DNA of 64,000 nucleotides from an uncultured delta proteobacterium. GTDB lineage: Bacteria > Desulfobacterota > Desulfuromonadia > Geobacterales > DSM-12255. The DNA is taken from assembly GCA_963787125.1 (NCBI GenBank), contig CAWBBV010000007.1, positions 96,001 through 160,000 on the forward strand, read 5' to 3'. Shown here piece after piece: positions 48,911 to 57,174 of this stretch. Every line of letters begins with the position of its first letter. The stretch's first letter is position 1. The notes below the pieces were generated by a model, which saw nothing but the letters and a program-made list of their open reading frames with translations, was not told the origin of the DNA and made no database searches. The translations under genes and the position numbers were made by a program.

Positions 48911-49795
48911 GTGAGGATTCTTCTCATTGGTAAAACCGGCCAACTGGGCGGCGATCTGATCAGGACCAATCCGGGACATGAAGTCATTGCTCCCGGGCGG
49001 GATGAGCTTGATCTTGCTGACTCGACAGCCATTGAGCGCGTGGTGCGTGAATGTCGTCCGGATATTGTCATAAATACGGCGGCGTTTCATAATGTCCCGC
49101 TTTGTGAGACCCAAGTGGCGCAGGCCTTCCTGATCAACTGTGCCGCAGTGCGTGACCTGGCGCTCGCTTGTCGGACTTTGGGAAGCCGGTTCGTGACCTT
49201 CAGCAGTGATTATGTTTTTGGCGGCGATAAGCGTACCCCCTACAACGAAGATGACAGGCCGCAACCGCTGCAGATGTACGGCATCTCACGGCTTGCCGGT
49301 GAGCTTGCGGCTCAGGCAGCCTACGCTGAAGGGACTGTGATCATCCGCACCTGTGGTCTTTACGGGCGGAGCGGCGCCCAGTCAAAGGGGGGCAATTTTG
49401 TCGACAAGCGGCTGGCGGATGCAAAACTATCGTCGCGGCTGGAGATGGGCTGCGACCAGGTGGTTTCACCCACAGCTACCAGTGATCTTGCCCGGGCGGT
49501 CTGGCAGTTGTTGGCCCATCCCGGAGCAGAGCCGGGCCTTTATCATCTGGTGAATGAAGGCGCCTGCAGCTGGTATGACTTCACCCGTGCGATTTACGAG
49601 CTTGCCGGAGTGGCGATGGAGGTAATCCCTGTTGATCGGGGAGGGTTGAGCGGCAGTATGCGCCGCCCTCTTTATTCAGCCCTGGAGTGCCGACGTGCAA
49701 GGGCTTGCGGCGTGGTTATGCCGGGCTGGCGTGACGCTCTTATCAGGTACCTCCGTGAAAGCGGTGCTTGCAGCCCAGCGACTGAAGGGCAATAA
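48911..49795 (+). CDS. rfbD: NDP-4-keto-deoxyhexose reductase (RmlD family)
   Basis: GKTGQLG, SSDYVFGG, YGISR, DQVVSPT, RPLYSAL. Confidence 0.85.
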   Translation: MRILLIGKTGQLGGDLIRTNPGHEVIAPGRDELDLADSTAIERVVRECRPDIVINTAAFHNVPLCETQVAQAFLINCAAVRDLALACRTLGSRFVTFSSDYVFGGDKRTPYNEDDRPQPLQMYGISRLAGELAAQAAYAEGTVIIRTCGLYGRSGAQSKGGNFVDKRLADAKLSSRLEMGCDQVVSPTATSDLARAVWQLLAHPGAEPGLYHLVNEGACSWYDFTRAIYELAGVAMEVIPVDRGGLSGSMRRPLYSALECRRARACGVVMPGWRDALIRYLRESGACSPATEGQ

Positions 49796-49825
49796 CCCAA
49801 CCTCGATTAAGGAAGCTTTTCCCTG

Positions 49826-51250
49826 ATGGCTAAAATTACTTTTTTACAAAACGTATGGTTCGAATTCCTTGGTCCGATGCATCTTTCGGCACTGCTCAAA
49901 AGTCATGGCCACGAATGCGACCTGATTATCGGCAACACTGCAGAAGAATTCCTGCCCCTGCTGCTTGAATCCAGACCGGATATCATTGCATTTTCGGTCA
50001 TGACAGGCAGTCAGCAATGGGCGGTAGCCACGGCGCGGCAGTTGCAGGATCAACTGGGCTGCCTGACGCTCCTGGGGGGACCGCATCCGACCTTTTTCCC
50101 TGAAGTTGTAAAGGAAGAAGGCATTGATATAATCTGTCGCGGAGAAGGAGAGGACGCGATCCTTGAGCTGGCAGACGCCGTTTCAAGTGGCAGTGATTAC
50201 AGCGATATCCTGAATTTATGGGTAAAAATGCCTGACAAGCGGGTGAAGCAAAACGATGTCCGGCAACTGATCGCAGATCTGGATGCATTCCCGCCCCCCG
50301 ACCGGCAACTCTATTCACGGTATCCCATTCTCTGCAATAATCCGGTCAAGGTGTTTCTTTCCAGCAGGGGTTGTCCGTACAACTGTTCCTTTTGCTTCAA
50401 TCACCAGATGATGCAGTTATACAAGGGGAAGGGCCGTTATGTGCGCCACCGTTCCCCGGAATCGCTGCTCGTCGAGATCGAAACGACTATGGCAGCGTTT
50501 TCCGTCCGCAGGATATATTTCTGCGATGACACTTTCGCCTTGAACCGGTCATGGCTACAGGAGTTCCTCCCCGCATATGGCAGGCGAATCGGCAGCACTT
50601 TTCACTGCCTTCTCAGGATAAATCAACTTGACGAAGATCTTGTCCGACTCCTGGCGGCAAATGGCTGCGTAACGGTTTTCTGGGGGATTGAATCCGGTGA
50701 TGAAGAGATTCGCAACCTGCTGTTACACAAGGAAATATCTGACAGCGATATCATGAAAGGCGCGGCGCTCCTGAAAAAGCAGGGGATCTCTTTCAGGACC
50801 TACAATATTATCGGTTTTCCCGGTGAAACGTTGGCGCAGGCATTTAAAACGCTGGAGTTGAATATTGCAATACAGACTGATTTCCCCTGGTGTTCACTAT
50901 TCATGCCCTATTCCGGCACAGCCTTGGCCGATTATGCGGTCGACAAGGGGTTCCTCCCGAAGGATATCTGTTCCCATGATATGGAGGTCTCTTTTCATAT
51001 TTCTTCAGTACTGCATAACCCTGACAAAGGCAAGATAGTGAATCTGCACAAGTTCTTTCAGACTGCAGTCAAGATCCCGGCGCTTCTTCCCCTGATTCGC
51101 CAATTGATTAAACTGCCGCCCAATCCTTTCTTTCAGCTCTGGTTTTCGTTTGTGTACTTTATCTTATATGTCAGGTCAGAAGGGCGCTCTACACTGGGTA
51201 CGATTGCCCTGGGGATGAAAAATGCCCAGTTTTTCAAGAAGAGTAAGTGA
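49826..51250 (+). CDS. Cobalamin-binding radical SAM protein (class B type)
   Basis: N-terminal B12-binding-like domain (GGPHPT, GEGE); SRGCPYNCSFC; GIESG; IIGFPGET. Confidence 0.88.
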   Translation: MAKITFLQNVWFEFLGPMHLSALLKSHGHECDLIIGNTAEEFLPLLLESRPDIIAFSVMTGSQQWAVATARQLQDQLGCLTLLGGPHPTFFPEVVKEEGIDIICRGEGEDAILELADAVSSGSDYSDILNLWVKMPDKRVKQNDVRQLIADLDAFPPPDRQLYSRYPILCNNPVKVFLSSRGCPYNCSFCFNHQMMQLYKGKGRYVRHRSPESLLVEIETTMAAFSVRRIYFCDDTFALNRSWLQEFLPAYGRRIGSTFHCLLRINQLDEDLVRLLAANGCVTVFWGIESGDEEIRNLLLHKEISDSDIMKGAALLKKQGISFRTYNIIGFPGETLAQAFKTLELNIAIQTDFPWCSLFMPYSGTALADYAVDKGFLPKDICSHDMEVSFHISSVLHNPDKGKIVNLHKFFQTAVKIPALLPLIRQLIKLPPNPFFQLWFSFVYFILYVRSEGRSTLGTIALGMKNAQFFKKSK

Positions 51251-51292
51251 GCTGTGCCGGTGCCTGATAAACATTCGGGAAAGTATTGCTTG

Positions 51293-52162
51293 ATGTCAGA
51301 CATTTGCGTCGTGCATCTGGTCCGGAAAAAAAATGGCATCGAGCCATTTAAGCGCTTTGTTGACTCTTATTTGAAGCATGCTGCCGGTAGAGACCATGAC
51401 TTATTGCTAGTTTTCAAAGGGTTTTCGCCTAACGACAATATCGAAGCGTATGTCGGGTTACTGGCTAATGTACGCTACCGCACGATGTATGTGTCTGATT
51501 TTGGTTTTGATATCAGCGCCTACATGAAGGCTGCCGCTGCAACTGATTATGCTTACGGGTACTATTGTTTTCTGAATTCATTCAGCACCATTCTTTGCGA
51601 CAACTGGCTGCTGAACCTTTACTCGATGGTTTCAATGGAAAATGTCGGGTTGGCAGGTGCTACCGGATCATATGAGAGTCCTTATACCTATACATTGAAA
51701 AAGCCTGGGATGAGGAAAGTTATCCCTTTTGGTAGATTTCAGCTAACGGTGCCTGATTTTGTCCAGAAACTGCACAATATGACGGTTAAAAAGTTGGAAC
51801 AGGTTCAATATAAAGCTTATTTCGACCCGTTTCCCAACTACCACATCCGGACAAATGCTTTCATTATTTCAGGCAAATTGTTGAGCAAAATCAAATGTCG
51901 TCCGATTCTGAACAAGATGGATGCCCATCGCTTTGAAAGCGGTAAAGATAGTCTCTCAAAACAAATTATGCGCATGGGGAGAGATATAGTAATTGTTGGT
52001 AAGGATGGGGTTGGCTATGGAAAAAAAGATTGGCCTAACAGCTATACATTTAGGGTTGGCAATCAAGAAAATTTGCTCATAGCTGATAACCAAACTATGA
52101 AATATTTAGCAGGTGATGAGGTGGCTCGAAATGAGCTATCAATGAGTACCTGGGGCACATAG
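51293..52162 (+). CDS. Hypothetical protein, weakly RgpF/GT-A-like
   Basis: GFDISAY...CFLNS...HIRTNAF...FESG pattern; position inside the glycan locus. Confidence 0.5.
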   Translation: MSDICVVHLVRKKNGIEPFKRFVDSYLKHAAGRDHDLLLVFKGFSPNDNIEAYVGLLANVRYRTMYVSDFGFDISAYMKAAAATDYAYGYYCFLNSFSTILCDNWLLNLYSMVSMENVGLAGATGSYESPYTYTLKKPGMRKVIPFGRFQLTVPDFVQKLHNMTVKKLEQVQYKAYFDPFPNYHIRTNAFIISGKLLSKIKCRPILNKMDAHRFESGKDSLSKQIMRMGRDIVIVGKDGVGYGKKDWPNSYTFRVGNQENLLIADNQTMKYLAGDEVARNELSMSTWGT

Positions 52163-52215
52163 TATAGACCGAAAACATAACTAATGGATCTGATATCAAC
52201 AATGAAAGGAGTGTA

Positions 52216-52887
52216 ATGGTGTTAGGTAAACTAAAGAAAATACTCCCACATAGTCTAAGAGATTATCTAATAAGACGTTCGCTTAAATCAAAGTATATCA
52301 ATCTGCATCTGGGTGAAAATTGTACGATAGTCAATACTGAATTTGGTAAAAATGTCAATATCGCTTCGAATGTTACCCTGATAAATTCAAAGATTGGAGA
52401 TTATACATACATTGGCCCAGGTTCGGTGATATGTAATGTTGAAATTGGTAAATTTTGTTCAATTGCACCCCAAGTATATATCGGTCTAGGTTCTCATCCG
52501 ACCAATTTTATCTCGACTCATCCAGTGTTTTACTTGCGGCGACCTGAATTAAATTGGATGATTTCTGATAAAGACTATTTCAACGAATTTGCAAAAACAA
52601 AGATCGGAAATGATGTCTGGATAGGTTTGCGGGGGGCAGTCAAGGATGGCGTTGTAGTTCTAGATGGGGCAATGATAGCTGCTGGAGCAGTTGTTGTGAA
52701 AGATGTGCCGCCATATGCTATTTGTGGTGGTGTGCCAGCTAAAGTTATCCGATCAAGATTCAATCAGGAAGATGTTAATTATTTACTTGAATTTAACTGG
52801 TGGAATAAAAGTGAAGAATGGCTTCAGGCGAACTACAAAAAATTTCACAATTTCAATGACTTTAGGCAGCTAAACACTGATATGTAG
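52216..52887 (+). CDS. Left-handed beta-helix O-acetyltransferase (CatB/Vat-like)
   Basis: Hexapeptide repeats; IGKFCSIA, IGNDVWIG, DVPPYAI.GGVPAKVIRSRF, WW. Confidence 0.88.
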   Translation: MVLGKLKKILPHSLRDYLIRRSLKSKYINLHLGENCTIVNTEFGKNVNIASNVTLINSKIGDYTYIGPGSVICNVEIGKFCSIAPQVYIGLGSHPTNFISTHPVFYLRRPELNWMISDKDYFNEFAKTKIGNDVWIGLRGAVKDGVVVLDGAMIAAGAVVVKDVPPYAICGGVPAKVIRSRFNQEDVNYLLEFNWWNKSEEWLQANYKKFHNFNDFRQLNTDM

Positions 52888-52936
52888 CTTATAAATTAAT
52901 TTCATCCTGCTTTGCCGATGAAATGAGGGGGTCTGT

Positions 52937-54340
52937 TTGCTGCTCGGTAAAAAACTAACCTTTCGAGCTGTTGCCGAAGTTTTTGGACTTGCGTTTAGCG
53001 CAGTCAGCATGCTTTATATCACTCGTGTCGTTGGCCCGGAGTATGTTGGTTTTAGTGCGACGACAAGTGCAATTTTGTTGTTGGTAGCAAAATTAGCTGA
53101 TAGTGGTTTATCCTCTTTTGCTTCACAGAAACTTGCCCGTGATGACGAAGTCCTCAGTTCACTTCTTGCCATCATTATCCCCCCCAAACTTATACTGTCG
53201 ACGATACTTATTGTTTTAACACTGATTGGTGCACGCCTGCTTGATGTTGATCCTCGATTAAAATACTTTGTTTCCATCTCGGTTTTCGTAGTTTTTTTCG
53301 ATGCGTGTACACCATCATGGGTATTTACTTCCCTCGGAAGGGTAAATATTTCATCAATCATACGAATCGGTCAGAGTATATTGTATGCTGCGTCAATTTT
53401 TATTTTCATACATACACAAGCAGACTGGAAATTATTGCCATACTTGACACTATTCAACTCGTGTATAAATTTTAGCCTTGCGACATTTTTCTTAGTAAAA
53501 CATCGCTTGTGCTACATTGATAAATCAATTTTCTTAGATAATTATACGTCTAAATTAAAATCATATTATAAGGAGAGCTATCATTTTTTGAAAGCTGAAT
53601 TGTCTGGCTATGTTTTTATGTCATCAGATAGGCTAATATTATATTATTTTACGAATTCGCATGTAGTCGGAATATATGAAGCCGCTTATAAAGTAATTAA
53701 TCCGTTTTATGCTATAAATGGAGTTATTACCCCGACTATGTTTAGGGATCTTGCTCAGAGTTACAAGCAGGGAAAGCTATATCCAGTAATGGCTAAATAC
53801 GTTTTTATTATGTCGATATTGACTATTCCTCTTGGATTTTTCATGCTGTATTTTTCAGGTTTTACCGTGCAGTTGCTTTTTGGCAGCAAATTTGCGGAAA
53901 CTATACCATGTCTCATGATATTGGGCTTTGTAATAACATTTGGTTTCACAAGCGGGATAATAGCCCAACCTTTTTGTGTGTGGAATATGCAAAAGGAGTT
54001 TGGTAATTCTGTTTTTTTTGGGAATGTTATAAACACAGTACTAAATTTTACCTTGATCCCGTTCATGGGGGCAATAGGCGCAGCATTAGCAACTCTAGCA
54101 GCAAAACTAATTGTTACAGTAGTCGGGTATTTTTACTTCAAAAAAGTAACTGATTATCCGATAGTAAAAGACTTCGTATATTTCTTTATAGCTTCGATAA
54201 TTCCTCTACTCTTTGTGTATGGTGTCTCGTTGATAAATAAAAACAATATTGTATTGATTATAACTTACGGAACCACATATGTTTTGCTATTGATAATTAT
54301 GTACATGAAATATTTTAAGATTAACTTGAAGCCTGCATAA
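52937..54340 (+). CDS. Wzx-type oligosaccharide flippase
   Basis: About 12-14 TM helices; YITRVVGPE..G, DRLIL...VGIYEAAYK, LNFTLIP.MGAIGAALAT. Confidence 0.85.
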   Translation: MLLGKKLTFRAVAEVFGLAFSAVSMLYITRVVGPEYVGFSATTSAILLLVAKLADSGLSSFASQKLARDDEVLSSLLAIIIPPKLILSTILIVLTLIGARLLDVDPRLKYFVSISVFVVFFDACTPSWVFTSLGRVNISSIIRIGQSILYAASIFIFIHTQADWKLLPYLTLFNSCINFSLATFFLVKHRLCYIDKSIFLDNYTSKLKSYYKESYHFLKAELSGYVFMSSDRLILYYFTNSHVVGIYEAAYKVINPFYAINGVITPTMFRDLAQSYKQGKLYPVMAKYVFIMSILTIPLGFFMLYFSGFTVQLLFGSKFAETIPCLMILGFVITFGFTSGIIAQPFCVWNMQKEFGNSVFFGNVINTVLNFTLIPFMGAIGAALATLAAKLIVTVVGYFYFKKVTDYPIVKDFVYFFIASIIPLLFVYGVSLINKNNIVLIITYGTTYVLLLIIMYMKYFKINLKPA

Positions 54341-54371
54341 TGCGTGAACATTACCCGCACATAATGAATAC

Positions 54372-55280
54372 ATGTTTAAAGTAAGCATCTGCATTCCGAC
54401 CTATAACCATGGCCATTTTATAGCCGATGCCATTACGTCTGTGCTTGACCAATCATTTACGGACTTTGAACTGCTGGTAGTTGACAACTGCTCCACTGAC
54501 AATACCCGGGAAATCGTCGCTGGTTATGCAGACAATCGTATCCGTTATTTCTGCAATGAAACCAATGTCGGCCCCCGTGAGAACCTGAACCGCTGCCTTC
54601 AGCATGCCACCGGTGAATATGTAAAAATTCTCTGTGCTGATGATTTGCTCGAACCGGCATGCCTTGAGCAGATGGTGCAAATCCTGGGCTCTAATCCGCA
54701 GGTCAGCCTTGTTGCCAGCGGCAGGATTCTGGTTGACGTAGAGCTTAACGTTATCAAGACGGAAGCGTATTCTGGAAAATATAAAATATGGTCAGGTTCT
54801 GATGCCATCACTCGCTGTCTTTTCTACGGTAATTACATCGGGGAGCCTGCCGCCGTACTGTTTCGCCGTAAAGATGCGCGGCGCGGTTTCAATACTGCCT
54901 ACGCGCAGCTGATAGATCTGGAGATGTGGTGTCATCTGCTTGAACAGGGAGATCTTGCGACAATTCCAGCTGGTCTTTGCAGGCTGCGTCAGCATGATGC
55001 GCAGCAGTCAAAAAGCAATCGACAGGCATTCTCCTTTCTTCAGGATGAAAACAAAATTTATGAAGAGTTTGCGGTTAAACCGTACGTCCATAGACTATTC
55101 GTTCATGAATTATACCGGCGCATTCGCATTGCCTATTATATCTGGCGTGATCGTGCCGTCTGTACTGACCGCAGGGAACTGCACGTCATGATCAGCCGGC
55201 AGATCAATCCGTACCTGTTTTATCTGCTCTGCCCGCCGGCTTTTATGCTGAACAAACTGCACAAGCTCCTGCGGTATTGA
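54372..55280 (+). CDS. GT2 glycosyltransferase
   Basis: VSICIPTYN, VDNCSTD, LCADD, IGEP. Confidence 0.9.
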   Translation: MFKVSICIPTYNHGHFIADAITSVLDQSFTDFELLVVDNCSTDNTREIVAGYADNRIRYFCNETNVGPRENLNRCLQHATGEYVKILCADDLLEPACLEQMVQILGSNPQVSLVASGRILVDVELNVIKTEAYSGKYKIWSGSDAITRCLFYGNYIGEPAAVLFRRKDARRGFNTAYAQLIDLEMWCHLLEQGDLATIPAGLCRLRQHDAQQSKSNRQAFSFLQDENKIYEEFAVKPYVHRLFVHELYRRIRIAYYIWRDRAVCTDRRELHVMISRQINPYLFYLLCPPAFMLNKLHKLLRY

Positions 55281-55281
55281 G

Positions 55282-56214
55282 GTGAATAAGTTGCCTATGG
55301 CTTCGAAACTCCACTGCTGCGCAGTTATAGTGACTTACCACCCGCCGGCGGATCTTGCTGAAGCTGTGCGGCGTCTTGCCGAACAGGTCGATAGCGTGGT
55401 GGTGGTTGACAACGGTTCCGGCCAGGAATACGCTCCGCTTCTTGAAACAATCAGGCAGATGGCGCACTGCACGCTGATACAAAAAGGTTGCAACCTGGGA
55501 ATTGGCGCCGGCTTCAATGCCGGTATCAGGCATGCCATGAAAGCCGGCTCTGACTGGATTGCCACCTTTGATCAGGACAGCAGGGTTCCGGAAGGCTATT
55601 TTGTTGCGCTGCTTCAGTCCCTGCAGGCATATCCCGATGCAGCCAAGGTTGCTCTTGTCGCGCCGCGACTGACGGACCCGGTCACCGGCCTGGCCGGTTC
55701 CCATGGCAGCGGTGCTGCCGGGACGCCTTACGAGGAGGTGCCGGTCACCATCTCTTCCGGCTGTCTGCTGCGGCGCGAGGTTTTTGAGCAGATCGGGCTG
55801 TTTGACGAAGCCCTGTTTATGGATTATGTGGATCATGAGTATTGTCTTCGTCTGCGGGCTGCGGGTTTTCATCTGCTTGAATCGACCCTTGCTCTGTTGG
55901 AGCACCGGATCGGCGCCACGAGTCGCCATTCTGTTTTGGGCATTCCGGTCAAGGTGACTAATCATTCGCCGCTGCGTCGCTATTACATGACCCGGAATCG
56001 TCTGGTGCTGTATCGGCGCTACGCTTGTCGGTTTGCAGCGTGGGCTCTCAACGACTGCTGGTGCATGGTGAAGGAGTTGGTCGGAGTTATCCTGTTTGAA
56101 CAGCAGAAAAGAGAGAAGTTCGCCATGATGTTTTTAGGGGTAACCCATGCGCTGTCGGGCCGACTCGGGCCGCTGTTCGCCGATACTCCTGCCAGAGTAA
56201 GCAGGCAGCCATGA
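55282..56214 (+). CDS. GT2 glycosyltransferase, rhamnosyltransferase-like
   Basis: VIVTYHP, VDNGS, NLGIG, FDQDS, ISSG, FMDYVDHEYCLR, HSPLRRYY..RN. Confidence 0.88.
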   Translation: MNKLPMASKLHCCAVIVTYHPPADLAEAVRRLAEQVDSVVVVDNGSGQEYAPLLETIRQMAHCTLIQKGCNLGIGAGFNAGIRHAMKAGSDWIATFDQDSRVPEGYFVALLQSLQAYPDAAKVALVAPRLTDPVTGLAGSHGSGAAGTPYEEVPVTISSGCLLRREVFEQIGLFDEALFMDYVDHEYCLRLRAAGFHLLESTLALLEHRIGATSRHSVLGIPVKVTNHSPLRRYYMTRNRLVLYRRYACRFAAWALNDCWCMVKELVGVILFEQQKREKFAMMFLGVTHALSGRLGPLFADTPARVSRQP

Positions 56215-57143
56215 CCCCACTGGTAAGTATCTGTATCCCTACGTTTAATCATGCCCATTTTTTACAGGTCGCGATCCGTTCAGCACTGAATCAGACCGAG
56301 CGGGATCTGGAAGTTCTGGTTGTTGACAACTGTTCAACTGATGACACTGCCGCGGTGGTTAGTGAATTTTGCCGCGCTGATGCACGGGTCAAATATGTGC
56401 GCAATGCATCTAATCTTGGTCTGGCAGGCAATCTCAACCGCTGTCTGGAGTTAGCCAGCGGTGTTTATGTCAAATATCTGCTTGCCGATGATCTGCTTGA
56501 GCAGGATTGTGTCAGCGCAATGCTTAAGGGGATCGAGTCAGTGCCGGGCATTGTGCTGGTAGCATCCCGGCGACAGCTTGTGGATATGGATTTGAAGCCG
56601 GTCCGGGTTGCGGGACTGCGGGAGCTGGCCGGCGTCCTTGAAGGCAAGCGGATGATTAGCCATACCCTGTTCAATGGCAACTATATCGGTGAACCCACGG
56701 CGACTTTTTTCCGCAGAGAGGATGCGCTGCGGGGGTTTTCTCCCGATTTCAAGCGTCTGGTTGATGTGGAGCTGTGGTTTCACCTGCTTGAAAATGGCAA
56801 ACTTCTTTATCTGCAGGAGCCTCTGGTCAAGATTCGCCAGCATGACAATCAGGAGACCCATGGCATTATCCGCAACCTTGATTTTATTGATGAGGAAATT
56901 AATCTTTACCGGTGCTATGTGGCTAAGCTATACATTCGGGCTACCTTGTTACAACAGCTGAAGTGGCGCTTTAAAACAGCCTGGATTTATCCTTTTGCTC
57001 AGGCAGGTGAGGCCGATTGTAGCGCTGTTATCCGCAAAATTTGGAAACTTTTAGGGATTGACCTGTTGATGCCGATTCTGGTCGCAAGAATTCTCCTGAG
57101 TCGTCTGGTATATTTCACCTTCAGAAAGTCGCTGAACGCGTAG
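56211..57143 (+). CDS. GT2 glycosyltransferase (paralog of 54372-55280)
   Basis: VSICIPTFN, VDNCSTD, LLADD, IGEP. Confidence 0.9.
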   Translation: MTPLVSICIPTFNHAHFLQVAIRSALNQTERDLEVLVVDNCSTDDTAAVVSEFCRADARVKYVRNASNLGLAGNLNRCLELASGVYVKYLLADDLLEQDCVSAMLKGIESVPGIVLVASRRQLVDMDLKPVRVAGLRELAGVLEGKRMISHTLFNGNYIGEPTATFFRREDALRGFSPDFKRLVDVELWFHLLENGKLLYLQEPLVKIRQHDNQETHGIIRNLDFIDEEINLYRCYVAKLYIRATLLQQLKWRFKTAWIYPFAQAGEADCSAVIRKIWKLLGIDLLMPILVARILLSRLVYFTFRKSLNA

Positions 57144-57174
57144 TAGAAAATTGAATTAAAAGAGAGACCTCCAA

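Noticed and set aside
52216..52887. CatB/Vat-like gene as an antibiotic resistance determinant
   Set aside because: Its position between glycan genes and a flippase favours sugar O-acetylation; the fold is shared by both functions.
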